Shown: positions 1-12,729 of the stretch, in pieces
Numbering within the stretch: the first letter of the stretch is position 1
Layout: each line of letters starts with the position of its first letter
Source of the DNA: Cyanophora paradoxa CCMP329
Lineage: Eukaryota; Plantae; Glaucophyta
DNA length: 64,000 nt
NCBI GenBank assembly: GCA_004431415.1
Contig: QPMI01000003.1
Location: 168,791 to 232,790 of the forward strand
Direction: 5' to 3'
The notes under the pieces: generated by a model
Seen by the model: the letters and a program-made list of their open reading frames with translations, nothing else
Told to the model about the DNA's origin: nothing
The model's database searches: none
Translations under genes and position numbers: made by a program

Positions 1-289
1 GCAAGGTATGGCTGCGGTCCGATTTGATTTCAGCTTGACTTTTCCATGACAACGGACATTTTGGAGGTTTTTTGCAAGGGGAGAGTGTCGCTGTTCAAGC
101 CCAGGTGGAGGTGCTCGAGCGCGAGCTGCGCTCTGAGTTCTGCATGCGCAGACGGTAGAGCATCCTGTGTGCATATGCTGTGCGCTCTGTTCTGATCATA
201 GATTTCTTAGATCACAGACGCGAGAATTTACTGCCTCTTCATCAGTCGCGATATCTCAGCTGTCAGGCTTGACCTCTCAGTATCAAACA

Positions 290-2525
290 ATGAGCTCGCT
301 GTCTCAACATCCCACGGCTGTCTACGTATCTCAGCCGGGAGCTGCAGCTGATGTCGATTTTGAATATGAGCAAATCATCGTCAGGCACCAGACTCCGAGA
401 CATCAGCTGGATGTTCAACAGCTCGTAGAAGCGATTTGTAACTTCGCTGCGCTCAGAGTTCCAGCTCGAATTTCAGGCCTCGGCGCTACGCTCTCGTTGG
501 TGCGCTCGGCAGTGCAAATTCGAACATGTGTAATTATATATATAAGTAAGACTGAAATAAGCTACGTATACGCAGATGGCAAGCATTGTTGTGCGCTCCA
601 TCCGCAGCGGGAGCACTATTGTCGAACTGGATTTCCCCAAGGTTCTGGCTGAAGCCATGTTCCAATCGGTCGCGAATTGGCACAACGGAGAATTGGACAT
701 TAATCTGGCCTTGCACGTACGTGAGCTTGGTATTGTTGAGATTTCTGGCAGCAACCGGCCAACATTTCGCCTCCCTGGTTCGTGGATATCCAGAACGCCA
801 AAACTTTCTCTTTCTAGCTGGGATGTGGCTCACTCTCAATTACATGTTTCATTCAGATATCGATTCAAATGCCGAAGTCGTCTGCAGCTTTGCATGGGGC
901 GGCGATTCCCTCGTGCTCTCAAGATTTAGAGCGGGTACATGCATGCGATCGATCGCGAGATCACTGTAGCTATCTACTACTCCAACTTGCAATCGGTATT
1001 CATTGCCCGATGACAGGTGGAGACGCAGATCCCGCAGTCAAAGCATTGGGTTACAGCGAGACTGTCCAGCGGGGGCAGCTCATTGTGGAAGCTGGGAAAG
1101 GAGGCGTCCCGGCACAGTTGACATCAGACGACCTGATAGTACTGGCTAAGATAATCGAAGCCAACCCACAACTCAGGTGCTCGCTGTCCGCCAGCAATCT
1201 AGACCTAGAACGGCATTAGAACCAAACTTTGCTGTTGCGCATGCACGGTACCCGGTCGACTCCTTTGCATACAGCACAATCGAGCTGAAGGTGTGCACAT
1301 TGCAGTTTATTTTGATATCCGTGCAGACTTGCACATTGCACTCACTGACTGAGCTTAACTGACGCAGCTTGCCGGACCGGCGCCGGCACCCTTCCAACAT
1401 GCGCGTGATCATCATTCGAAGTCGGACTTCGAAAAGGAATTCTGCGACGCCTTGGTGCTGCTCGGGCGAGCGGTGGGCGGGAGCAACCGAACAGCCCTGT
1501 GCTTGGGGCGCACCAGCATGGGCAAGTCCATCAATCTTGATATGCCTTCTTCGACTGCGGCCTGGAACAGGTTTCTGAAGGAGGCCCTCGCGTTCTCTGC
1601 GACTCCGCAATCTTCTCTGCGGATTTTTACGCTGTGCAATTTCCGCCTTGATCACGACGGGGCAGCAGCCGTCATCAGCGCTATTTCCAACGCTGACGGT
1701 CTCGAAGTTGTTTCGATCACCAACATTGAGCTGCCAATCCCCGACCGTAGAACGCGAGAGCGCACCGATCGCGATTCGTTCAAGGAGCTGTTTTCGATCG
1801 CCGACATCGAGTTTCCAATTGCAACATCCGACCGTCGAGGGCACTCCGATTCGTTCGACGAGCTCTTTGCCGCCCTCAGCAGCCGCCCGGCCATCCATAC
1901 CCTTGCCATGAGCCGTGTGACTGCAGGCTGGCACACTTCCGACACAGAAGCCCTTGCGATACAAGCACGCCGCCTCGTCGATGGGATCTGCTCCATCCTC
2001 CAAGGCGTCTGCGGGACTCTGAGAGAGCTTACTCTGCAAGAGATGAGCTTTGCACAACAGGGGAATTCGAAACAAGTTGCGGAGGCAATTGGACGTTGCG
2101 AAAGCCTGCAAGGGCTTGAGCTGCGTCAGATCATCTTGGCCCCACGCGAAGAAGACCTTACGACAAACTTTTTGACGGAGGCCTGGGACGACTTCCTCGA
2201 TCCAATCAGCAATCTTCCTGCGCTCAAGCGCTTATCCCTCGAGCAAATCGAGTTCAAATTCGAACATGTGCGCATTCATGCTCGCGCTTGCCATCGCATG
2301 ATTAATATTCACATCGATATCCTGGTCGGTGCTCACATATGCAACGGGCAGATTGACATGCTTGCCTCGTGCATGCAACACAGAATGCCAGCCTTGCGGG
2401 AGTTGCGCCTTGAACAATGCTTCCAAGATACTCATAGCGCGAATGTATTTGTGCTCTGCAACGCGGCCGCTCTGCGCTGCGTGGGCCTTCCTTCTGGGGA
2501 GACCTTCACTCTCGCAATCAACTTC
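290..2525 (+). CDS. 5' part of a multi-exon host gene encoding an LRR-like protein (continues after the LINE at 10819)
   Basis: ATG at 290; short GT..AG introns (e.g. acceptor tacgcag ending at 575); LxxLxL repeats in ORF 1452-2564 (LEVVSITNI, LRELTLQEM, LQGLELRQI, LKRLSLEQI, LRELRLEQC). The frame runs into the LINE TSD at 2512-2525. Exon structure of the 5' part is approximate. Confidence 0.7.
2512..2525 (+). repeat. Target-site duplication of LINE-A, left copy (TCGCAATCAACTTC)
   Basis: Identical 14-mer at 10805-10818; removing the insert and one copy rejoins the host reading frame. Confidence 0.93.
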
Positions 2526-5500
2526 AATTCAATGAATTCGCACACACCGAGACAATACGGCTAATGATAGAACTGAGGTGTCCGTAAAGTGTCAAGTCGA
2601 AAGATGAGCCTACTGGTTACGCCGGGTAGGGAACCTAACAGCCATCGGACAGGGTGGAGCTAGTCAAGGAGACGTAAACTAAAGCAAAGCTAACCCAGAG
2701 CAGAGAGCTACTACCTATACATCTAGCCTAGCTTAGGACTAGGCTACAGAGAGGACTACCCAGGGGTCTACGAGTGCTGCCTGCTAGTGCTGCCTGCCTA
2801 GGGACCGTCGGGACGTCCGGAGCTCGCGGGCTGTTCTACTGTACGGTAGGAAAGCCAGGACGGACCCGCGGTCTAATCTGCCTACTCTCGACGCGGCCGC
2901 GACTACAGTTAGCGCGGCGGGCTCCGCGTCGAGGGGCCGCTCGCCCGAAGCGCGGGTGGAAGCACGTCGGCGTAGAGGGGCCGAGGGGAATGAGGCGAGG
3001 GGGACGTTGCGGGGAAGAAGTGGGGCGGGACGGAGAAGGTCGGCGCCGGCCGTGGCGGGGAGGGGAGGGTCGGATTTCTCGGTCAGCAGGGCTTCCAGCC
3101 TCGAACCAGCCGCCGCACCCCCGCCGCGGGCAATTGCGAGCCCCCTCCGCGGCGGTCCTTCAACCCACGGTCCTGGCACGATGGCCGGGGTATCTGGTGG
3201 GTGCAACGACCAGCCGAAGCCTTCCGCCAAGCCTTCCGGTCCATCGTTCCCTCCCTGTCGAGGCGCGAGGAGCGTTGGCGAGGTCGTGAGTGGGAGGCAG
3301 GGCCAAGAGAGCGAGCAGGAGGGCAGAACGGGAGAGGGAGGCAAGGCAGGCGCTCGCTTGGGCGGGGCCCAGCGAGTCGGACGGGGCGGCTATATCTAGT
3401 GTGTGCGAGGCTAAGAGTAGAGCAGGGAAGTTTCTCGAGGACTAGGTATGGTGAAGTAGTAGGTAGGTGGTGTCGAGAGTCTCCTCCCGACGTAGCCCCC
3501 CCCCCCCCCCCCCCCCCTTTCGCGCGACTCGGGGTACCGTTTAGAGCGGGCTAGGATGTGGCTCCCAAGGGCGTACCTTGACGCAATCGTAGAGCTCTTG
3601 GGCGCGGAGCGCCGCCTTCCAGCCCGCGTACTCCGGTGGGCAGTCTGCGTTCCGAGCGGCGTTGAGTAGATTGTGAAGGCGAATCGGCCCGTCGCAGGCG
3701 GCGCAGACTTCCTTACAGGTCCGGGGCCGCGGGCCCGCTCTCGGGCGCGGGCGCCCGTGCGGGGCGGGCGCGGTCGCTTCTTTGAGGCCTGGAGACGCGG
3801 CAGTCGCGTTCCCACTCCGCGTTGATTTCGCAGCGACGTGACCAGAGGCGTCGGGCCCGCTCCAGAAGCGTCTGCCGAACGCGTTTAGCTGCGCGTGCCG
3901 CGTACCGGGGTGCAAGGTTCAGGCAGCGTGCGAGGGCGCTTTCTAGACTCTGCGGAGCAAGGCCCTGGAGCACCCAGAGGCGCGGGTACGCGTACGGCCT
4001 ACCATCGTAGCTGCGCGCCTCGGCGTCGTCGTCCGCGACGCGGAGGAAGATTGGGACCAGGTCGGGGCAAGGAGGGCTCCTGCTGGCGGCGCTGTGAGTC
4101 CGTGGGCCTCTCTGTATGCGCAGAGCAGAAGTCGGTTCAGTTCGCGAGCAGTCTCCGCGCGGTGCGCGACCGCATGCGGACCCGGGCACAGGAAGACGTG
4201 CGGGAAAGTTTCAGTCGGGCCTGCGGTAAGAGCCGTCGGTGCCCGGTTCGGGCGGCTGGGGCCCGCTGCTGGTTGGGCATGCGAGGCCTCTGGTGCAGTC
4301 TGGCTGTTCTGTGAGGCTGTCGGGCCGCTAGTCTCTGCACGAGGGAAAGGCGTTCTGGTGGCGCAGCCCGCACAGCGTCCCCCAGGGTTGCAGGCGGCGT
4401 AGAGTTCCTTCTGGTCACGTACCCGGACTTCGTTCGCTGGTAGCGAGCTACAGAGCAGCTGCGTCCGAAACTTGAATAGCGCGTTGCGGGCTCCATTGGC
4501 GCCTTGGAATCGGGAGCCTACGCTCGTTTCCGCATATAGCCCTGCTATGTCTGCGCCGTCGGCGCCTCGGCGCAGGAGCGCGCCAGCCAGCGGTTGTTGG
4601 GTCCAGGCAAAGTGCGTCTGGTGCTCGTGAAGTGCGTCCATGTGTGCCTTGGGGTCCCCTTCCACCCGTCGTGTGCGCCCGTCGGGGTCGCTGATGGTGA
4701 GCACCGCAGGCATGCTGAAGGCCGGCGGCAGAAAGAGAGGTTCATGCCGGTTTTCGTCCGCCAGATCCAGGTCGGCCGCCACGTTCGCTCCGGCGTCCGC
4801 GATGTCGTTGTGGGGTCGCGGGCGTCGCCCTTCGCGTGCGCTTTGACTTTGACGAGTTTGAGCGGCCGCCCGCGCTCCTCTAGCATTGTCCTGAGCTTGC
4901 TCCATGCGTACAGTTCCGCGGAGCAGGCGTGCCGGATGTATTCCCGCGGGCTGCGGCAGCTCGCGTGCTGGACGAAATCGGAGTACCAGCGGATCGCGTT
5001 CATGTTGTCGACGTGTAGAACCGCTCCGAAAGGCGAGAGCAGGTCAGCCATGAGCACCGCCTGGAGTTCCGCCTTGTTGATCTCCTGCAGGCCCCGGAGC
5101 CGGGCAAAGAAGTCCGTGAGGATACCCGGCGGGTGCAGGCTTGCGCCAGTTCTGAGGTCCGTTTCCGGCCAGTGTACTGCGTAGCCCGCGCGAGCGTTAA
5201 CCGTCTGGCCCTCTTTCAGGCTCCCGTCCGTCCAGGCGTACGCTGGGGCGTCGGCCACGTATGAGCCGCCGGACGCCGCCTCGGCCTCCAGGTGCTCTTT
5301 GCGGTAGCGGGCTTCGAGGCCCTTCCAGGTCTCCAGGTATGCAACCCAACTGTACGGATCGGCCTGATAGTAATATAGCTCGCGCGCCTCCTTGTTGGAG
5401 CTGACCGGGGGCGCTTCATCTTGCGGCAGGGGGGGCAAGTCGGGCGGGTTCGCCTCGAGCGTGGCGAGGTGAGCGGCGTCGGGCTCGGAGAGGAGGTGCC

Positions 5501-8500
5501 AGTTGACCCTCTCATCGCCCTCCTGCTTTGCCTGCAGCAGCATCCGCCATCGGTGCGCAGTGATGGTCGCGGCCGCCTGCCTGAAGGGCTTGAAGTATTC
5601 AAGACGGGCTTGGCGCAGGACCTGGCGACTGGCGCGCCCCGAGCGCGTCTGTACCTGCCCCTCGCATTCTTCCACGGGGGCGCCCGACACTTCTACTAGC
5701 TCCACCGTGCCGGGGATCGTGCAGAGTGCGGACGCGTGCTCTACCCATCCTCCCACCGCCGTCCCGTACTTGCCCTCGTCATCGCAGGTGCTCGTCGCCC
5801 GGCAGGCCGCGCCGGCGCCTTGAGGGCAGACGTGGTTGTCGTGCCAGTGGCGGCGGCCCTCTCCCGGTACGATATTAAAGCGGCGCGCAGCTGGGGCGGG
5901 CGGCCCTTCGCGGGGTCCGAGCTGACAGTGGCCATCGCAGCGGCAGTAGGCTCCGTTGGCCTCGTCGTCGGCCTCTTCTGGGACGGGGACCCAGTGCTCC
6001 AGCCGGCACTCCGTCGCTACTAGGCTGCCGGCCTCGGCCTCAGCGGAGCGGACCCGGCCGATTTCCGGTACCGCATCCGTCTCGTGAATCGTTGCGAGGT
6101 CGTAGTAGCAGACGAAGTCTCCCGGTTGGTGAATTAACTTCCTTGCCCCGCCCGGAAGCTGTACCATGGCCGAGGAAGGGGTACCGGGCGGTTGCCGCAT
6201 GGGTATCGGAGGGCGCCCGAACCGCGCCCGTCGATCGTGAGGGCCTTGGCCACCGCCTTCCACCAGGCGGGCGCTGCCCAAGGGAGCGTGCCGCGGGGGG
6301 CGCGGAGGTGCAGGTCTCGCCAGGTGCAGAGGCGTTCCCCATCGCGCGCCGTGACGTCGGACATCCAGTAGAGCCGTGCGCGGTGGAGGGCGGGCGCAGC
6401 CGTGCTGAACACTTCCCGGGGAATGTGTGAGGTAAGCACGAATTCCCGGCGCAGTTCCGCGGGGTCGGGCCAAGTGGCTGCGGGGGGTACGGCGTGAACA
6501 AGAAGCGGGCGTGGTTGGACTGGATCCGGTAGAGCCGGCGCTGCAGGAGCGGCATCACTGCGGCGATCGCATTCGATCGAGCAAGCTGGCGTGACACTGG
6601 GGCGTTCAGGAACTCGGTCGGCAGCAGCGGGACGCCTAGCTTGCGCTGGAGGTCCCGGATGCGGTGCATCATCACCTGAGATAGCAGCTCTTCCGGCTCG
6701 CCACAGAGGCGGACGAGCAGATCCGTGATTTGGTTCTTGGCCATCATGTGCGCTGTGCGCGGCAGGCTGTACGTGCCGTGGCTCCAGAGCGCGTAGTTGG
6801 AAGTCGATGCCGCCAGGCCCCCATGGTGCTTAACCACGCGCATCCAGATGGCATCTAGGCGATCGCACTGCCTCTCTGTGAGCGGCGTCACTTTGAGCCC
6901 GTAGGCGATCCGCGCCTGCACGACGGCCTCGACAACGTAGCAGGCCTCTTGCGCGGTCAGCTGCTTACGAGCTATGACCGCCACCGTCTCGCGAGCCTGC
7001 GTTTCCATCTGTCTGATCTGCTCCTTCCACGACAGGTTCGCGGTCAGGTAGACGCCGAGCAGCTTGAAATGCTCGCCCGGTTTCAGCTTCTTGCCGACCG
7101 GGACGCGGGGATTGCCGAGCAGCGGGGGTTCAGGCTCGGGTGAGACGTTGTTGTACGCAAACTCTGTTTTCCGCGCGTTGACGGCGATGTCGTGCAGGCG
7201 GAAGAATTCAGACGCCACGTCCGCGAGCATCTGGATCCCTTCGGCCGATCCGCTCATCCACTGCGTGTCGTCCGCGTAGGCGCTCCCGGTCACCCGTGCG
7301 GGGGCGAAGTCCGCGTCGTCTTCGCCCATGCCCATGACGTACGCGACCCCCGCGCCCCCTTTTCCTGCTCGAGCCTGTCCAATTCTTGTTGAGCGCAGAG
7401 CAAGGCATCGTAGAAGATGAGCCAGTGGAGCGGGGATTCGATGCCGCCCTGCGGGAGCCCACATTCGAGTTCAAACACGTCTGACAGTCCGTGGCCCGTG
7501 ATAGCTCGCGCCCGGCGTCGTTCGAATATGTTGCGGTGCAGGTCGATGTACGTCTCGGGGCCCCGATGCGTCGGAGGGAGAGCTCCATGCTGGCCCAGGA
7601 AACTGAATCGTACGCCCGTCTGATATCCTGTAGCAAGAGGTAGATGGGCTTGCGGTGCTCCTTAGCGTCCTCTAGAATAGCGACCATTAGGTGAAGGGCA
7701 TCATCGGTCGCCTTAGCCTTCCTGAAGCCATAATTTACCCCCTTAAGGATTCCGTGCTTCTCGATGGCCTCGGCTAGCCGTTTCGTGACGAGGCCCGTCG
7801 TTAGCTTGAGGCCAACTTCCTGCAGCGTGATCGGGCGGAGGTTCCCTTCAATGTCTCCGTCCCAGCTCCCGTTCTTGGGGATCCCGAAGATATTGCTCTC
7901 ACACATCTCGGCGGGCAGGTCGCGCAGGCGGAGGGCCTCGCAGACGATGGCCATCAGGAGCCGACGACCGCGGGGGGGGTACGCCTCTGGATCCATGGCG
8001 TCCGGCAGGTCGGGGTTCCAGAGCGTCTTCAGGATCGCGTTCGTGCAGTTGGAGGGCCCTCCCGCTCCATCCGTGAGCGAGCGCACGTGTGCCCCTAGCT
8101 CTTCGTACGTAGGCTCAGCCATGACTCCCGCGAAGGCTTCCGCGGTCGCCACGTGCGTCCCGAGGGGGCGGTAGAGCGCGCGCCAGAAGTCGGGGGGCAG
8201 GAAGGCTAGCTGGGAGTCGGGTATTAAGTCCGCTGTGCACCCTACCAGGGGGTTTCTCTTCGCACACCACTGACGCCAGTGCTCCGCCATCACTGCCTTC
8301 ACCTCCTCGGGGGCCGTGTAAATTTCATAGAAGTTGCCTTCGCGCGCGAGGCGGGTGACGTGCATGATCGGCTCCCCCCTGGACCGCTCCAGAATGGAGT
8401 CTAGATAGCTGCGCAGCTTGCGCGGGTCTGCAAACCGGGCCTGGCGCGCAGTAACGAATTCCTGGATCTGTCGCTGCTTCTCTGCGCGCGTCTCGTGTTG

Positions 8501-10804
8501 GTGGCGCCGGCGGACGCGGTTGCGCCATGCGTTCAGCGACCGGAAGTACAGCCGCCACGCTACGTAGCGCCCCGGGAACGGCGCCTCGTCGTCAGCGTCG
8601 CGTACGGGGCGGCGGGGCATGGGTTCGGGTCCGGGGACGAGCCCTTTGATGAGAGCCTCCAGTTTCTCGATCCGGGCGACCAGCGGGGCCGACGGCAAGC
8701 CTCCGGGCGCTTCAACAGTCCATCCAGCGATCAGGCGCTCCACTTTCTTGGACATGACCAGCTGCCACGGCACCGCTCTGCGAGTGGGCGGGCGCGATCC
8801 GCGGGCTTTCAAGCATTTGTGTTCCTTAGCGAGTGTCAGCACCGCCTCCGTGGCCTGTCGGTAGAGAGAGCTGACCCGGTCCCTGCGCTCTTGTTCCGTG
8901 CCCGCCGCGCCTAGCGCTTTCTCAAGATCGCTTTCCAGGGCTTGCAGACGGTCTTCTACAGCCTTTCGGAAGGCCGGCAGCTTCTCCTTCTCAAGTAGGT
9001 GCGGTGCGAAGAGCGGCGGCGGGTGCGCCGGGCGGGCATCGCCCGCGGGCGGTCTGGCGAGTTCGGCTTTGAGCAGATCGTAGTCGGCCATGACCGGGAA
9101 GTGGTCAGAGGGGTGCGGTAGCGCCACCTCTGGCGGCAGCGGGTGCACCGCCAGGAGCGCTGGCGCGAGACCTGCAGAGTGCAACACCGCATCGATACGT
9201 CCTGCCGAGATGACCGCGGCGCCTTCGGCGACGGCGGGCCCGTCCATTTGCTGGTCCTGTTCCGAGTCCGAGTCGTCGGCGCCGTCGTCCCCGCCATCCT
9301 CTTCGGCGCCGTGCTGGCTCGGGCCGCGCCTGATGAAGGTAACTTCGTGTTCGTGGCCTTTCTGTGTCGCCGCGTCAACTAGTGCCCAGGTGCCGGTCAG
9401 TTTTCCCCACCACTCGCGTTCCGGCGTCCAGGACTGGACGAACCGTCCCGCGCGGATGCGGGACGTGGCCGGCGTCTTCACGGAGTTCCAGTCGCCGAGA
9501 AGGATGAGGTGCGCGGTCGAGCGCGATCGGAAGTCCGCGTAGATGCGCTCGATGCATTCGAGGAGCGCCGCCTGATCGGTCTTGTGCTCAGGCTTCCGCT
9601 GGGTGGCCGGCATGTATACGCTCACTACGAAGAGCTGGCGGTTTCCCTTAAAGCGCATTTCACAGCCGGCAAGCCGGCCCGGGTAGTGATAGTGGCGCGC
9701 GATGTGCCGCGCCCAGGGCGCCGCCACCCATAGCGCCGCTCCGTTTCCTTTCGGTTTTGTTTTCTTAATTGAGTGGATTAGGCGACCCCGCGTGATCGAG
9801 CTCTTGGGGGCTCGCCGGGCTCCGCTGCCGGGGTGAAGAGCGCCGAGTGCAGTTCGGCGCGCGTGACTGAGAGCTCTTGGAGAGCCATCACGTCGACCCC
9901 CATTTCACGGCGAAGTCTTCGGCCTGCTGAAGCCGGCCCTCGGACGTGCCCCGCACGTTAAAGGTCATCATCCTGAGATTCCCCTCCGGCTTGTGGCGCA
10001 TGAGCGATGGGGGCGGGCCTATGAGGGGGCTCCCTGAGGCGTAATGGGTGGTTGGGAAAAGGTCGCCAAACGAGATATGCCCCGGAGCGTTAGTGTTGAC
10101 GTCTACAGCGGCAGACACGTTAGGGGGGTCGGACAGCGTCTAGGGTTGGAGGATGTCTGTGCTCGGCGGGACGCGCGCAGCGGTCCGACTGATCAGCTAG
10201 TTGGTCACATCTGGCTGCCCAGAGATGCGCGTGCACGTGGTTCCAGGCGTGCGTGTGCCTAGCCGCCCCGGACCCGTCGCCTGTGCGCCGCATCGTCCAA
10301 GTCTCAAAAGTCTGCGGTCGGGAAGCCGTCAAATTACAGCTGACACGTACAGTAGCGGCCTCGCAGGAAAGGGGCGCTAAATGCGCGTCTGGGCGGGAAA
10401 TGGGCGATGCGGCTTGCCCAGCCTCAGCGACTTGGCGCTTGGGGAGGAGGAGGAGGCGGGTCTGAGAGCGGGTCGGTAGAGAGCGGGTCGGCAGCGGGTG
10501 TATGGCGAGGCGTGGCCAGGGAGGCCAGACGTAGCTCGGCAAGGAGATTGATTCAAGAGGGCGGTCCAGGGTGTGCGTGAGACGCGGTAACTGCTTGCAG
10601 TTACATCACCCAGGGACTCCCGGGCGATGTTGCCGCGTTGGCGGGGCGGTTTGGAGAGAGTGGCCGGCATACCTACGCAGACATCGCGGCGGACGCTACC
10701 TAGGCTGTCGCGGCCTCTACTCTCGCACTGGTGATCGCGCACGCAGCGCTACGCTGCGAGCTAGGCGGGTTGGCAGGCGCCTTCCTGTTTTTTTCCCACG
10801 GGGG
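2526..10804 (-). mobile_element. LINE-A: apparently full-length non-LTR retrotransposon (APE endonuclease-RT-RNase H-zinc knuckle), 8279 bp
   Basis: Bounded by a 14-bp TSD; the 3' end on the minus strand is a short TTGAA-like tail (gaattcattgaatt); about 1 kb 3' UTR; LINE ORF2 motifs in order. Confidence 0.93.
3541..10118 (-). CDS. LINE-A polyprotein (frameshifted): APE endonuclease, reverse transcriptase, RNase H, C-terminal Cys/His knuckle
   Basis: APE: TFNVRG, SVYMP, LLGDWN, RIDAVL, SDHFPV. RT: LRPITLQE, NYGFR, QDIRRAYDSV, GLPQGGIESP, YADD, FKLLGV. RNase H: WTDGS, NKAELQA, HVDN, KVKAH, NDIAD. Knuckle: CAGC...ETFPHVFLCP. Split across ORFs 9888-10118, 7208-9727, 7290-7478, 6040-7464, 4545-6473, 3943-4905 and downstream fragments. 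Confidence 0.92.
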
Positions 10805-10818
10805 TCGCAATCAACTTC
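10805..10818 (+). repeat. Target-site duplication of LINE-A, right copy
   Basis: TCGCAATCAACTTC, identical to 2512-2525. Confidence 0.93.
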
Positions 10819-12197
10819 GGCTTTCATCGATTACATCAGCCGAAGCGGATCATGTCTTCTGCGCTAAACTACCTCGAGGCTGAATTGGAAGGAGCTCGAG
10901 AGGAAGCCGCCCACGCTGTAGATCCGCCGTCGGCAGGCTGGGCGGAAGTCTCGGACAAATTGAACCTCATCCTCCCGAAGAGCCTCGAGAGCGACAAGCG
11001 TATGCCCCTCTTCAAGCGGATTCTCTTCGAGCGCAGGTGGCCACCGAAAGACGATCCGCTAACTGCGATTGGTAAGCATTTAGCTCATGCCCGCGCACAC
11101 TCGATTGTGAGAAGACTCCGACGGCATGCGCAGGTCGTTTAAATACGGAGCTGGGGGAGAATGACACGTCGAACGAGCAAGACAGCATTTCCGAGCCCAG
11201 CGCGCGAGAAAAGCGACAGCGGATCCAGAGCCCGAGATCGTCAGCCGACGACGTCGACGTCAACGTCAACGTCGAAGTAGAAGTGGTTCGTCTGCGTTTG
11301 TCATGCTTCCGATTAATTGCTCAGCGGCTGGCTGAAATCCAACGATCTCTGTGTAGATGGGATTGGCTGGCTGTCGAGCAGATGTCGATGAAGTGGAAGA
11401 TACATCTGATTATGATCCAGATCCGGAGTCTAGATCTGCTGATCATGAAGACCTTCGTGATCATGAGGAAAGCGCGCGGAAGAAGCAACAACAGAGCAAG
11501 CTTAAGAGCCCAGGTCATGATCAACTTGAAGATCTAGATCTAGAAGTGGTTCGTTTGCAACTGCGTTTGTCATGCGTCGGACTTGAAATTGCTTGCTGAA
11601 ATCGCTGCGTAGCCGGGTGCTGGATGCGAGCGGAAAGGAAGAGGGGAGAAGTGGCAGCGCTGGGTTCTACTGTCGTGCGGAGGAAACTGCTTCTACTGCA
11701 AGGACCCTCGCATAACCAGCAATCTGCCTGAGCTCCTCAGCGAGTGGGAGATCGATCACTTGGAGCCAAGATCGGAGGGGGGCAAGAGCGCGCTGCAGAA
11801 CCTTGTCGCTGCTTGCAAGAATTGCAATTTGTGCATTCAATTTAATATTTCAGAATTTTCTTTGATCATGAAGCGAGTGCGGAACTGAGTGCAGAGCAGA
11901 CGGAAGAGCGACCTCTCGCATCGCGCATTCATCAAGCGATTCAAGGGCGAGAACTCCGGAAGTGGCATCGTGGCGGACTACGTCCGCTGCCACGCCCTTC
12001 GCAAGAACGGCCTGCGCTGCGAGCTCCCCGTGGAAGCAGGCGCCGAAAAGTACTGCGGGTGCGTGTCTTGATCTCTAAGCATCCATTTGCATGGAAAATG
12101 TGAGTTCGAAAAGTGATCGGCTCTGTGCAGTGATCACAGGGGCTTCGTTTGGCCGACAGATGACGAGCTATTTGGGCAAATATATATGATTTTGTGA
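10819..12197 (+). CDS. 3' part of the LINE-disrupted host gene: acidic linker, HNH endonuclease motif, C3H zinc finger
   Basis: After the TSD the frame reads GFHRLHQPKRI-MSSALNYLE, in frame with ORF 10852. Exon 11613-11830 encodes CFYC..EIDHLEPRSEGGKSALQNLVAACKNCN and splices to LRKSDL (exon 11900-12058), which ends in CHALRKNGLRCELPVEAGAEKYCG; last exon DH...MIL* with stop at 12195-12197. Confidence 0.78.
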
Positions 12198-12729
12198 GAT
12201 ATTACGTATTTTTGTGTCGCGGTGTTTTGCGTTCTGTGTATTGTGTCGGGTCTTAATCAAGACGTTTTGTTATGGTACTGTACATGTGACGGGCCAGTCT
12301 TATAATATTGAGCCTTTATCTTAGATCTTTTAAATCCCTTAGATCTCCTACGATTTAGGTGAGATCTCCCTCGTGTGCCCTTCGAACTCGTATGATGGAG
12401 CGGAGACGTCGACGTCTTCTAGATCTGAAAGAGAAAGATCGCGATCGCGATCCTCTCGTCAAGCCGTCACCAAGACGGGAAATTCGAATTCACAGAAGAA
12501 TTCGAATTCGAACCGGCATTGAACAAGAATCATCGAAATTTAAATCTCTCTCGAGCTGTCTACTAGGGGCCAGTCTAGGGCGCTGCTGCTAGGCGGGGCG
12601 GTGCGGGCTTGCTAATTGGAAACTGAACAAGAACATGATTCATCGATATCATTGAGCAAGCAATCCTGATAATCTCCTGATAATGAAATTCAAAGGAACA
12701 TGACTCATCATTAGTCTAAAAGTAGCTGC

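Noticed and set aside
2561-2610. Hammerhead ribozyme (CTAATGA...GAAA-like words) in the LINE-A 3' region
   Set aside because: The core is not CTGANGA and I could not build the three flanking stems.
3496-3517. 22-nt C-run as an element boundary or tail
   Set aside because: It lies inside the LINE-A 3' UTR; the TSD places the true end at 2526.
12478-12515. GAATTC/nGAAn repeats as a heat-shock element
   Set aside because: Located between two converging gene ends with no associated start; could be chance low-complexity sequence.
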